Source: Hyaloraphidium curvatum SAG 235-1
Taxonomy: Eukaryota; Fungi; Monoblepharomycota
Length of the DNA: 64,000 nt
Direction: 5' to 3'
Assembly (NCBI GenBank): GCA_025558095.1
Contig: JAIVFI010000033.1
Location: 124,001-188,000, forward strand
Part shown: piece after piece, positions 24,811 through 36,886 of the stretch
Numbering within the stretch: position 1 is the first letter of the stretch
Layout of the letters: every line of letters begins with the position of its first letter
The notes under the pieces: generated by a model
What the model was told of the DNA's origin: nothing
The model's database searches: none
The model's input: the letters and a program-made list of their open reading frames with translations, nothing else
Translations under genes and position numbers: made by a program

Positions 24811-25134
24811 TCAGAAATGCGAGGCGCCGTAAATGCTCCCGCTGGCCATGTCGGCGCAGAGGGCGGCGGCGATATCGTCGAAGAGGCGGCGCCATTCGTC
24901 GGCGGAGACGACGCCGTTGGAGCGGGCCGCGTGGAGGCTGCGGAGGGCCGTGTCAGCGGGCGGTGGGGGCGGAGAGGGCGGCGGAGCTTACGCTTGGAGG
25001 AAAGGAACCTTGTCCCGGGCCGAGCAGGCCCGATTCGAGAAAGTTTGGAGCAGCGCCGCCCGGCCGACGGGGTCCCTCTTTTCCGAGTGGACCTCGAGGC
25101 TGCGGAGGAGCCCAGGCAGCGAAGCGGAGCTCAT
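24811..25134 (-). CDS. Small hypothetical protein (~89 aa, two exons)
   Basis: A GTAAGC...GCTGAC...CAG intron joins MSSASLPG...FLQA to LHAARSNG...GASHF*. Confidence 0.55.
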
Positions 25135-25753
25135 TGTGTTGGAGAAGTGGTAGAGAGGGAGCCGAAGGGGCAGGAGCGCAGTGGAGGCGTGCAGGAGCGG
25201 TCCGGAGTTGCTGTGCCCCAAACTCGGCAGCGGGCTGGAGAGGAGCCAATCTCACAAGAATGGGTTGACTCGTCGAGTGCCGCAGCAACCGATGTTCAGG
25301 AGGCAGGCAGGTGCAAACCAGCTCCGCGATGAATGCTCTTTCGTTCTTCCGAGAAAAGACCCGGAACGGAGGGTTTCGCAGTTTCTCTTTCGCGGGGGCG
25401 TTGCGTAGGAGCTCCGCCCCTAGCAACCCAAAATGGTGCGACGGAGCGGAGGCGCAATCCGACCGTCGCACGTGAAGGCTGCGGGACCTGACTATGCTGG
25501 CAAAGCCACGATATGAGGAAAGCACCTTGAATCGGCCAGAGACAATGGCTTCGAGGACTCCGTTGGCGGGAAGAGCGATCGGACTTCAAAGACACCCGCT
25601 TGATGAAACTGCCGCTACCTGCGGTCTTCACGAATCCATTCATCGATCTAGTACTGTCGTCTGTCCGTAAGTTCTGTCGCCGCCGCGATCGCACCCGTCC
25701 CGCCCAGCCGTCCAGGTCCGCTTCACACGTCATGTCCTCCCCTGCAACGTTCG

Positions 25754-27527
25754 TCACGCCAGCGCCACACCGACCGTCACCCCCTTCTGCCTGTACCCAA
25801 CCGTCCCCAGCTTCGCCAGGTCGTATTCCCCGACCGTGACCCCCATCTCGGCCTCGACGTCCACCGTCAGCCTGAGCCCGCCCTCGGCCACCTGCGAGAC
25901 GATGCCCGTCAGCGCCGGGATCGAGATCAGCGGGGCCATGGGGAGCGCGGGGGACACGGTCGAGGTGGCGGCGGGGAGCTGGATGGGGGAAGCGAGCGGG
26001 GTTTCGGTGAGGGTGCCGAGCGGCGTCGGGCCGCTGGTGGAGGCGGCGGGGAGGAAGGAGGAGAAGAGGTTCATGGAGCTCTGCGTCGGGATCGGCGCCG
26101 CCGAGGGCGGGATCGTCACGCGCGCCTCGACGCCAGTGACGGCCATGGGGCAGTCGAACGGGTTGCGCATGCGCAGGCGGCTGCGGATCTTGCCCGACCA
26201 GAGGTCCGCGGCCGAAGGGAGCATGAGCTCGGCGGACTCGATGAACGGGTCGGGGAGGCCCGGCAGTGCGGAGCGGATGGAGAGGGAGGAGACGGCGCCC
26301 GACAGGTAGGGGATGGGGGTCGAGCCGGGGTAGCCGCGGATCACGACCGTCGAGGGGTTGTTGGTGAGGTAGGATTGCAGCAGGGCGAGGCCGGTACGGC
26401 AGGCGGCAGGGTGTGTGGGGTCCGGGTGGAAGGTGGCGAGCACCGAGGGGAGCTCGTTGACGCCGGGGAGGAGCTTGAGGTTGGGCATGAGGATCGAGCC
26501 GAGCGGCACGAGCTTCTCGGGGCCGCTGGCCTCGGCCGCATCGTCCGAGCCGGCGAAATCGTCGTCTGAGGGCGCGGGGGGCACCACGGGGGCGAGAAGG
26601 ATGAAGGAGACGTCGCCCAGATCGGCCGTGATCGGTGCGGGGTTGACGAGCTTCGCGGGCGACGTCATCTGGATCCCGCGCGGCGTGCCAGAGAGCACCT
26701 GGACCGAAGTGACCGAGACGTCCGCGAGCCCTGCCATCCCTGGAAATGGAGAGATGAAATGTGAGTTAAACAGGTCCTGTGCACCGGGGAGGAGGACGAC
26801 GAGGCCCGCCAGGACGTGGTGCTGTCCTTCGTCACGCCACTTGGCCCATTCGGCCCATCGACTGGGCTTTTGACAGCCCGCCACAATCCCGCAACCGACC
26901 CCAGGAATGCCCACCTTTCATCTTGACGGCCTTCTCGAGCCAGCCGCCCCTGATCCCGACCCAGCCGCCCAGCGCGCCGACGCCGACCCTGCCGCGCATG
27001 CCGACGACGAACTCCTCGCCGCGCATCATCTCGCCGGCGAACGCGTCGAACTCTGCGGGGTCCGTGACTGTGACGCGGGCCTCGACGGCGAGCGAGGCGT
27101 CCGCGGCGCCGGCGGCCAGGCCGATGGGCGGCATGGGCAGCGAGGCGATGGGCACGAAGCGCTCGCTGCCGTCGGCGTCGTGTGCGATGCGGCAGATGTC
27201 GACGGGGCCCTCGAACTCGACGGTCGCGGCGACGGGGACGGCGAGCGGGAGGCCCATCGCGCCGTCGACGGCCATCGCGAAGCCCTTCTCGTCGAAGCGC
27301 GCGAGGCGCATCGCGCGGAACGCGAGCGACGACCGCGCGACGAGCGCCGTCAGCAGCCGCGGAAGGACGACGCGCGCGAGCAGCGGGGGCAGCAGCAGCG
27401 CGAACAGCAGGAGGCGCAGGTGCGCCAGCGGCGCGCCCACCAGCGCAGACAGCGCAGACAGCGGGTGCGCCAGCGCGCCCGCCACGCTCGACAGCAGCGA
27501 CGGCTGCAGGGTCTGCTGCGCGGCCAT
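25754..27527 (-). CDS. DUF3712 (Tag1-like) membrane-anchored beta-rich protein
   Basis: N-terminal TM, VTDPAEFDAF, KAVKMK|GMAGL, LVNPAPITADLGDVSF, L.LLPGVN, NPFDCPM. Confidence 0.75.
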
Positions 27528-27948
27528 CGCGGTGCTGTGAATGATGTGCGGAGTTGCTTTCTCGAAGCAGGGGCTCGTCACATGCTTTCACCTGTTGCCG
27601 GTCTTCCAGCCGACGCCTCGGCCACAGACGGGCCGTGGAAAGTTCTGGTACACGATCTCCAAATGCCAGTCCTCGTAAGTGGCAGCGCGGAGTCTTGAAG
27701 AGCTTACCTTGCTCTCTGGCCCGCAATCAGCTTCACTCCGGACAATCCTCCTGACAATCGAGCCGATGCATCCCACCGCTAGCTGGCAGCATTCAGTTTC
27801 ATCCACACTCGTCCCATCGAGTAAAGTCCAGGTCGATTCCACACGGGTTTCGCTTGGGGGACGGAGCCGTTCTGGGCCGCACACCCGATCAGAGCTCCTA
27901 CGCGTCCACGCCGGCCAACTCCACTCGAAAGCGAAGCCGCGGAGCGAC

Positions 27949-29397
27949 ATGTCCGGCTCCGGCGGCTTCTTCGGCAGCATCTCGAACATCTTCAAGTCCT
28001 CCGGAGCGAGCTCGGCCGCCCCGCACTCCGCCATCCCGGCCTGCCCTCCGCAGCTGTCGGAGCCCTCGCTGCGCGCGATCCTCGCCCACAAGAAGAAGGG
28101 AAACGGTACAACGCTCGGCTCGCCTGGATTGAGCGTCTGCTTATGCTCACCGTCAGACGCCTTTGCGGCGGAGGACTTTTCCGCCGCCCTCGCCGAGTAC
28201 TCAAAGGCCATTGCCCAGTTCTCGTCCCCCGCGCCGCCCGCGCCGCCCCCCGGCCCCGGACCTCCCGCTCCCCTGACCGCGGAGGACCTCCATTCCCTCT
28301 CCCAACCCTCCCTCGCCCTCTCCGCCCTCCTCTCGAACCGCTCCGCCGCGCACCTCCGCCTGGGCTCCCCCGCCCCGGCCCTCGCCGACGCCGACGCCGC
28401 CGTTTCCCTCCGCCCGGGCTGGGTGAAGGGCCATTTCCGGCGCGGCGAGGCGCTGCTGGACCTGGAACGCCCCGACACCGCGCGGGAGGCGTTCGCGGCC
28501 GCGCTGGAGCGGTCGCCGAGGGACAAAAAGGTCGCGGAGCGGCTGTTCTGCGCCGAAGTAGGGATCCGGAACGCCAAGCACGGGGTGCTGGTGCATTCGC
28601 TGTTCCCGGGGAGGGGGGAGTACTGCCGGGCGTCGATCAACCCGGTCTCGAAGCTCATCTACCAGTTCGCCAACGAGCTGAGGAACTTTGTCCACCTCGT
28701 TGGGGACGCGCGGACAAAGGAGGTCGTCGCGATCGACCCCTGCTGGGACGCGGACGGGATCGCCAAGTCCGCCAAGGCGCGCGGGTGGAAGGTCGTCGGC
28801 ATCGTCGTCACGCACGGCCACTTTGACCACGTCGGCGGCCTCCCGCCGCCGCCCTTCAACAGCTACCGCATCCGTGTGTCGGGCCTGGCCGCGATGCTCA
28901 AGAAGTTCCCGCACGCGCGGGCCTACGCGCACCCGGACGACTTTCCGCAGATCCTGGAGCACAACCCGGAGCTCGAGAAGGAGCGCGCGCGGTTCGTCTT
29001 CACTCCGGACGGCACCGAGCTGGACTGCTTCTCGGGCCGCTCCCTCCGCGGAGTCTTTTTGCACACGCCGGGGCACACCCCGGGGTCACAATCGCTCGTG
29101 CTCTCCTCGCGGGCGCATCAGGACGCGCCGCCGCTGCTGTTTTCCGGGGACCTGGTGTTCCCATCGTCGTGCGGACGCATGGACTTTCCCGAGTCCGATC
29201 CGCAGGTGTTCATGCGGACGCTGGAGACGGCGCTGGACGGGCTGCCGGACGAGACGGCGATTTACCCAGGGCATGACTACGGCTCATATGTGCTCAGGCT
29301 CGGGACGGAGCGCGAGCGGGGGATGGTGGGCAAGGCCGGGGTCGCGAGGCTCATTGCGGAGATGGCGGCCGAGGCCGAGATGCAGAACTTGAAGTGA
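27949..29397 (+). CDS. TPR repeats fused to a glyoxalase II-like metallo-beta-lactamase
   Basis: TPR: SNRSAAHLRLG...P.WVKGHFRRGEAL; MBL: THGHFDHVGG, TPGHTPGS, FSGD, PGHDY; intron ~28106-28156. Confidence 0.85.
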   Translation: MSGSGGFFGSISNIFKSSGASSAAPHSAIPACPPQLSEPSLRAILAHKKKGNGTTLGSPGLSVCLCSPSDAFAAEDFSAALAEYSKAIAQFSSPAPPAPPPGPGPPAPLTAEDLHSLSQPSLALSALLSNRSAAHLRLGSPAPALADADAAVSLRPGWVKGHFRRGEALLDLERPDTAREAFAAALERSPRDKKVAERLFCAEVGIRNAKHGVLVHSLFPGRGEYCRASINPVSKLIYQFANELRNFVHLVGDARTKEVVAIDPCWDADGIAKSAKARGWKVVGIVVTHGHFDHVGGLPPPPFNSYRIRVSGLAAMLKKFPHARAYAHPDDFPQILEHNPELEKERARFVFTPDGTELDCFSGRSLRGVFLHTPGHTPGSQSLVLSSRAHQDAPPLLFSGDLVFPSSCGRMDFPESDPQVFMRTLETALDGLPDETAIYPGHDYGSYVLRLGTERERGMVGKAGVARLIAEMAAEAEMQNLK

Positions 29398-29563
29398 ATA
29401 ATGAATGCATTCCCAATTCATGACACATTGCGCTGAAACCCCAGCGGAATCCAACTGTACAGGTTAACTTTGCAGACGCATCCAGTCCAACGGCAAGCGT
29501 GCCGGCTCCAGGTACCCGCCATGTGGCGGGGCGCTATAGCGTCCTGCAGCCGGAAACGGGCGC

Positions 29564-30463
29564 TCAGGCCCCGGGCGGCTTGGCCTCCTCCTTGGTCTCG
29601 GCGGCGTAGGCCGGCGGCAGCGCCGGGTCCTTCTCGAGGTAGGCCGGCAGCGCCTCCTCCATGGCCTTGACGTCGACGGGCTTGACCGGAACCGGGGCAG
29701 CGGCGGCGGCGGGGGCGACCTCCTTCTTCTGGCGGCGGGCGAGGAGGAAGAGGACCAGGCCGGCGATGGCGGCGATGGCGACGACCGCGGCGACGATGAT
29801 GCCGCACATGGCGCCCATGGAGATGGTGGCGGACTTGGGGGTCGCGCTCAGGGCCGAGGCGCCGCCGACGAGCTGGGGGCAGTTCTGCTCCAGGTAGTAG
29901 ACGAAGCGCGAGTCGAGGCACTGCAGCATGCGCGTCAGCCGGTCGGGCGAGCGCAAACACAATCCGGCCTTTCCCACCCTGACACAGGTGCTGTATGCCT
30001 GGTTGTTGACGTACTCATCACAAGCTAGAAGAAGTTAGCAGTTTATAGAGGTGAGAGAGCAGTTTGGAGGACGGACGGAAAACCCACCTTGCGTGACCGA
30101 CGAGATCTCATTGATCCTGTTCAGCGTGGCCTGGGGGCACACGGAGCCGCATTTGCGGCTGTTGCTCATGTGGCACCTGTTGCGTGCGCCAGGCGAACAG
30201 ATTCCGGGTACCAGGGCACGAACAGCGGTCCGGCGGGCGAGAGCAGGAACGGCGAACGGATCGCGGTTGCCGGGCAGCCAGGCACGGTCCGACGAGTGAA
30301 ATGCACGATACGGCATGCCGCGGCCGGAGCACAGGCGCGTTTTGGGCGCGGGGCAGGGGGCGGGAGTCAGGACCCGTTTGCTGTGTCCGCAGCGGCGTCG
30401 CCTCCGAAACGGGCGAGCTGACGCCACGGGGCCGCAAGGAGGAACGTACCGATACATGGACAT
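29564..30463 (-). CDS. Small single-pass membrane protein with Cys-rich ectodomain and PY motifs
   Basis: Spliced MSMYRCHMSNSRKCGSVC...CDEY...CVRCLD...NC, one TM, then LPAY and PPAY; first exon tentative. Confidence 0.65.
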
Positions 30464-30773
30464 CCTTGAGACGTATCGCGGGGCCGGAGGAGGTCTCGGA
30501 AGGGTTGGGAGAGGGGGGAACACAGCCGGCGGCAAAGAGGCTGTCCTTGCGCTCGATCACTTTTCCCCCCCGCCTGACTCCCGGCGCCCTCGACTTTCTT
30601 GCCAGCGGGAAGTTTGAAGGCAACAGAATCATAATCATCGAAACAGAGCCATATGTACAGTTCTAAGCCCGACCCGAGCGGGCTATTTGAAACAGAGCAT
30701 TCCCAGATCTACAGATCTACAAACCGACGAGACCGACGTCCATCTCTCTCGAAGTCCATCGCAGTAGCTGGTG

Positions 30774-32130
30774 CTATGCGGCAAAGACCAGCGGCCGGGC
30801 GCTCTTGAGCGCCGACGTGTCCGATTCCACTTCCTTTGACCGGAACCCGGTCGCCATCCCCGCGACCGGCTCGTCCGAGACTGTGAGCGTCGCGACCGAC
30901 ATGACGTCGGTGTCCGAGTCCAGGAAAGAGGAAGCATCGCTGTCGCTGACGCTCCCGGTCTCTGAGTCCGTGTCGGCTTCCGAGGCCTCCTCCGCGTCGC
31001 GGCCCTCCAAGAAGGGCGAAGGCGGAGGCGTCGGCAGGCCGATCCGTATGCGGGGGTCCTGGTTCCGAAGGTACCAGTCGACGAACTTGCGCATGCCCTC
31101 CTCGATCGGGTGCTTGGGATCGTACCCGAGCAGCGCCGCGGATTTGGTCAGGTCCGCGTAGGTGATGGGCACGTCGCCCGGCTGGTCGCCCTTCTGGTTG
31201 ATGATGGCCTTCCGGCCCAGGGTGTCCTCGATCGTGGCGATGAACTGGTTCAGGCTCACGACGCGGTTGTTGCCGAGGTTGTAGACCTCGCACGTGCGCG
31301 GGTTGTCCAGCGCGGCGAGAATGCCTGAGACAATGTCGTCGATGAAAGTGTAGTCCCTGCAGGAGCTGCCGTCGCCGAATTTGTCGATCGGGATCCCGCG
31401 AGCGATGCGGTCGACGAACATGTAGGGAGCTGCGGAACAGGAGGTCAGCGAGGCCACAATGCACCCGGAACAAAGATCGTACCCATGTCGGGCCGTCCAC
31501 GAGGGCCGTAGACGGTAAAGAAGCGGAGGCCAGAGACCTTGATGCCGTAAAGGTTGCTGTAGGTCGCGGCGAGCAGCTCGCACGCCTTCTTGGTCGCCGC
31601 GTAGGGGGAAACCGGATTGTCCGTCTTGTCGTCCTCGGCAAAGGGCACCTTGGCGTTCTTGCCGTACACCGAGGACGACGAAGCGTAGACCATGTTGGCG
31701 ACGTTGTACTTCTTGGCCATCTCGAGCATCACGAGCGTGCCGTTGATGTTGGCCTTGACGTAGAGCTCGGGATCCTTGATGGACGGCCGCACGCCGGCGC
31801 GGGCCGCCAGGTGGCAGATCATGTCGGGCCGCTCGCGGGCAAAGATCCGGTCCATGGCCTCCATGTCCGAGATGTCGGCCTTGTAGAATCGGAGCACCCT
31901 GCCGCACGTCCGCGCGGCATCGTCCACGACCGTGAGGTTCTCGCGCTTGACGGCGACATCGTAGTAGTCTGGCGGGCGAGAGAAAGTCAATCGACCGGCC
32001 CACGGCGACGGAGCGCGGTTATCCTACCGTTGACCTCGTCGATAATCACGACGTCGTCCCCGCGGCGAAGGAGGGCCTCGGCAGTGTGGGATCCGATGAA
32101 ACCGGCGCCGCCGGTGACCACGACCTTCAT
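30774..32130 (-). CDS. UDP-glucuronate 4-epimerase (GAE/WcaG-type extended SDR) with acidic tail
   Basis: TGGAGFIG, N|DYYD...[50 protein letters not shown]; true start may lie further upstream. Confidence 0.88.
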
Positions 32131-32523
32131 GACGTTCGGCCGATGTGCTTGCGGAGAAGAGGGCGGCGATGCGGTGCCGGGGGTCTCCAGCAGCGACGGT
32201 CGGCGCGACGCTGTCCTTTGCGGGAAGCTTCCAAATGCCCCGGTATCGACGAGGCGGACGCGGTCGAAGCGGCTCGAGATATGCGGAGGACTCGAGACGG
32301 TCGGTGCGTCGTTTGGAAACAGGGTGGAGTGGAGGCGGGATCGGCAGCCCTTTATGCGGCCGGCCGCCGCCAAAGGGCTGGCATCCCCCGCCCGGAACGA
32401 TTTTGCCGATCCGACGCGGCCATCAGCACGATCCGCTTGCGCAACCAAAGAGAAGGCGAAACAAATGTAAATCGATCGAAGAAATGAGACATGTTTGGGC
32501 CAGATTCATGAAAGACGGGGCTG

Positions 32524-33411
32524 CTAGTGGTCCGCCCCTGCTGCAGATTGCGACTCTGGATCGGAGGCGCTTCTGTAACTCCCGTCCCCAAACTCGACAA
32601 ACCGGTTCCCCTCCTCGTCGAACCAATAATCGTTCACTTTCTCCGAGAGACGGCGGACGATTTTGAGTGCTTTCTTGGTCTCCTTCTTCGCCGATCCTTC
32701 GCCATGTGAGACGTCGATCGAGCGCAACCGCGCTTCGTATGCCGCGAGAACCCGGCCGGGGCCCATGATCCTTTCCAGATCGCGCATCATCAACACGATG
32801 CGCGGGTCGGGAGCCTCGGAGTGGAGAAACAAGAAAGCCGCGGTCCGGCAAAGGTCGAGGAGCTCGGCGGGCGCAGTGCCGGAAACGACGTCCTCGGCCG
32901 TGACCCTCAGGAAAAGAAACAACCTCCTTCCGTCGCTGAGACGGTAGACGACGTGGCTCCCCTTGTCTTCGCACCGCAAGACCCTTGGCCAGAGCCAGTG
33001 ATCGAGCGCCTCCTCGAACAGTGCGAGCAAGTAGCCCTTCGACAAGGCTGGATCGACACGTCCGTCAACAAAGACATAATCCCGCACGAAAGGCGTGTAC
33101 GGGTAGGAAAATGCCAAAGGCCGGACGTCAATGGCCGCGTCGCAGAAGACGAGAACTTTGTCTCTGCCGCCACGCGGAACCGCATCCTCCGGAAGCAGCG
33201 ACGAAGGTGCGGAGCTCTGCGAAATGCGGAGTATGCGCGCGACCGGGGACGGAACTGCAGAGGTGAAGTCCGTTGCCGCCGAGTCTGGGCCGAGTTCGAA
33301 AGCCGCCGCGGCAGCGCGAGTTCCCCGGCCTCCGGCGGCCGCCGTCGGCAACGAGCTGTCTTCCATTTCAGTGTCGTCCTCGGGACGAGCGTCGTTGTCT
33401 CCAGACGCCAT
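32524..33411 (-). CDS. Hypothetical intronless protein
   Basis: ~295-aa ORF with globular composition after an acidic N-terminus. Confidence 0.6.
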   Translation of the reverse strand: MASGDNDARPEDDTEMEDSSLPTAAAGGRGTRAAAAAFELGPDSAATDFTSAVPSPVARILRISQSSAPSSLLPEDAVPRGGRDKVLVFCDAAIDVRPLAFSYPYTPFVRDYVFVDGRVDPALSKGYLLALFEEALDHWLWPRVLRCEDKGSHVVYRLSDGRRLFLFLRVTAEDVVSGTAPAELLDLCRTAAFLFLHSEAPDPRIVLMMRDLERIMGPGRVLAAYEARLRSIDVSHGEGSAKKETKKALKIVRRLSEKVNDYWFDEEGNRFVEFGDGSYRSASDPESQSAAGADH

Positions 33412-33567
33412 GTCTGTCCGGTGGCGGCTGTATGACCGGACCGGTGACGCGTTGCGAACAACTCCTCGGACCAAACCGTTGACCAAAGGGCGGCCAGATT
33501 ACAAATGTACGACGCCAAAAACTCCACTTCCATGAATCGAGCATCTCTTTCTACATCAAGCGACCCT

Positions 33568-34592
33568 CTAGTCCTCATCTTCGTCGTCCTCATCCTCGTC
33601 CGCGGAACCCGATGCAGAAGGCACGGGATGGTCCAGTTGGAGCAGTTTTCGATGGAAGATGGCCGCATGGAAAGCTGCAAGGCCTTCCGGGTCCTGGGAA
33701 CGCCAATAGCTGTGAGACACGAGCACAGTGCTCAGGGAGATCACAAACCGAGAAAGCTTTGCTGCTCGTCAGCGCGGGGCCGGCTTTCGCGCGATCCGCC
33801 CACTCTCCGAGTCCCTTCACGATCTCTCCCGACGTTAGAGCTGTCTCTGGACCGTCCCAAGAGGCAAGGATGTAACCGTCGCCCTTTTCCACCTCCTTAA
33901 TGTGCCGCAGAGAGTGAGACGGACGAATCACACAGACCCAACGAAGTCCCGACCTTCTCAGCATCTCCATCCGAGTGCCAGCGCGTCGTGGTCCGGGACT
34001 CGCAGCATTCCCACACATCAATAAGCCCCGTCGTGTTGGCGTCCGCCTCAAGCTCCAGCACGATGACGTTCGTCAACGAGATGGTAGATTCCGGCAGAGA
34101 CGGCAAGAAAGAGGAATGAAGAATGAGCAGAGATAGACCAAGGGCCTTGAAGGCTTCCTCGGACGGCACGGAAGGCGGGAGAAGGACAGGAACGCCGCCT
34201 GCAAAGGCACATTGAGCGCTAGTCAAGCAGAGTCACGTCCTGGGAGCCTCACCGGCCTTGATGATGCCGAGGCAGCAGATGGCAAACTTGCACGGGGAGA
34301 ACTCGCCGCCCCACACTCCGATTCGCGGGGGTTTCCCCTTCACCAGCGCCGTCCCAACGCCAAACTTCCTCATCGCGCCGGCAAAAGTTGTGCTCTTGTC
34401 CCGAACCTCGCCGAGCGTCAGCTGCATGCCGGACGGAGGCGGGTCGCGGAAAGCAACGACGCCGGCATCGTGCTTCGCGAGTTTGCCGAGGATGAAGGAG
34501 TGCAGGTCCAGCCCCGGCCCGAGAGAGTCCGTGGTAATTGTCCTCTCCCCCTTCGGGCCTTTGCCCTTGCCGCCCTTCCGAGTGGTCGACAT
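33568..34592 (-). CDS. Truncated/degenerate AMP-binding (ANL) N-terminal-like protein
   Basis: LTLGEV...FAGAMRKFGV...RIGV...LGIIKA|GGVPVLL; no P-loop motif; ends in an acidic run. Confidence 0.55.
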
Positions 34593-35029
34593 GGCGGCGC
34601 GAAGTGAACGCGGCAATGCGAGATCAGCCGCGCCGACGCGACTTCCTCGGCCGCGCAGCCCTTGGGCCCCCCCGTGCGACATCACCAAACATCGCCGAGA
34701 GCTCAACTCGATTCAGATCCATAGCGCATCGAAGCTGATGGCTACGATTCTATGCCCTTTTATTGGACCCAAACAGCGCTTTTCAAGAACGGTTAAGTTG
34801 ACGCTGGCCGAAACCGCGCTGGCAGCCAAGAACCAAGTCGAAGATGAACGGAGCAGATCAGTGCTTGCCACATCAAGACCGATCTGTTCAGATGAAGCAC
34901 ACGTTTCTCGAAAAAGCACATCTTTTCCAGCTTGCTCGGGTATCTGGGCGGAGTGATCGGCGGCGGCTCAATCCGCCTGTCCCCCACGTTGCCACAACAG
35001 TTTGAGTCCGCCATTTCCCCTGGAGGATA

Positions 35030-36627
35030 ATGACGGCAGCCGAAAATCCTTCCGATGGAAGTGCTTTGCCCGAGGCCTCGGCCTCCGCCGCGGACGTCGG
35101 CTCGGAGCACCCCGTTGTCGTCCACCATGTTCGTGAAGCCGCGCCTCATTCTGTCGAGCTGCAGGAGGCGCTGGCGCCGTTCGCACCGGTGGTCCTCGTC
35201 GACGAGCGCGAGTCTGTTGTTGAGCAAGCCGTGGACGACGGGAAGTTGCACAAACGTGCGGACGGGGACCTTGAAGTCGACGAGTACCCCCCGAACGTCG
35301 GGGCCGACGTCGTGGTGGTAGATTCGATGCCAGACGGTGGCTACGGATGGATTGTCGTTGCCTGCGTTTTTCTCTTCAACTTTTACACCATCGGAGTGCA
35401 GCAATCCTATTCCATCTTCATTGGTTACTACTTGAACGTGCTCTTTGCGGGGACAGTCAACGCGAGCCAGGTCTCGCTGACAGTGTCGATGATGTCTGGA
35501 TTCTCCTTCCTGTTGGGGCCCTTCGTTGGCCGCTTGACGGACCAATACGGACCGCGGCTAGTGAGTCGGCCTCTCTTGCCTTGATCGTGGCTCGCCTGAC
35601 CGTCCGTCCCCGCGTGATCAAGACCGCACTGATTGGCGTGGTTCTGATGGTGATTGCGAACGTCTCGGCCTCGTTCTGCACCACGATACAGACCATCTGG
35701 GTCACGCAGGGCATCCTGTTCGGGATCGGGTGCTGCTTTGCGCAGAACGCAGCCGTATCTGCTCCGGCACAGTACTTTTCGAAGCGCTTGGCTATGGCTT
35801 TTGGCATTGGAATTAGCGGCAGTGGCATCGGCGGCCTCGCGTTCTCGTTCATCACCGCCGCGCTGCTGAGCAACCTCGGATCGCCGTGGACCCTGCGGGT
35901 CTACGCAATCATCAGCGCCGGAATGCTCTTTCCTGCCGCACTCTTGCTGCGGCGGCGGGTGAAACCGCCGAAGGACGCGGCAAAGACGCCTTTCTTCAAC
36001 GTCTCCTTCTTCAAGAACGCGCAGTTCCTTCGCCTCTTTGCCGGCGCGTTCATTTGCTGCATGGCTTTTCCCGCGCCCTTCTTTTTGCCCAGCTACGTTT
36101 ATGACAAGGGCATGGATCCCTCGATCGGAACAAATTTGGTGGCCGTGACCACGGGCCTTAGTGCCGTCGGCACTGTTCTCGGCGGCCTTGCTGCCTCGCG
36201 CTTCGGGACGCTGAACGTCTTTGTCGTCAGCCAGCTGTTTGCGGCCCTGTCCACGTTCATGTTCTGGATACCTGCGGGGACGAACGCGGCGCTGCTCTAC
36301 TTTTACGCCGCCTTTTGGGGCATCTTCTGGGGCCCTTTTTTCTCTCTGCTGGCGTCCGCAGCAGCTGTTCTCTTTGTGGACCTGGGGCCGTTCCCCGTGG
36401 TGATCGGATCTATATATCTTTCGATCTGCTTCGCCTTTTTTGCCAACGGCCCGACCATGGGCGCTCTAATTGACGCTGGAGCAGTCTATGACTCGTCGGG
36501 AACGCGTGTATCGAGCAACTATGTCTACGCGCAGATTTTCTGTGGATCAATGTACTTGCTTGGTGTGCTTTTTCTGGCCTGGGTGAGGTTCGTGCGGGCA
36601 AAGTGGAAGCTAGTCGCCAAGGTATAG
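35030..36627 (+). CDS. MFS monocarboxylate-porter family transporter (MCT/Mch-like)
   Basis: PDGGYGWIVV, GRLTDQYGPR, QGILFGIG, YFSKRLAMAFGIGISGSGIGG; about 12 TM; one intron. Confidence 0.92.
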
Positions 36628-36886
36628 AGGGGGCTTCTGGCGGCCGCGAACACATACTTGACGGATAGATCCTAACGACATTTTGCTTTACGGGAGCGAA
36701 GAAATGCTTTACATGAGCAGTGCGGCTGTGCAGGTGCACGGGGGATCGGAGCGGGCTGGTATGTAGCGGCGACACCCGAGCACGAGGTCACCTCGTGCGC
36801 GCGAGACGGACGTCGGGACAAGAGTCCCTGAAATCGCTCCGCATGTAAATGACGGCCTGCTGCCGGGCGAATCGGAGCACGGCGCG

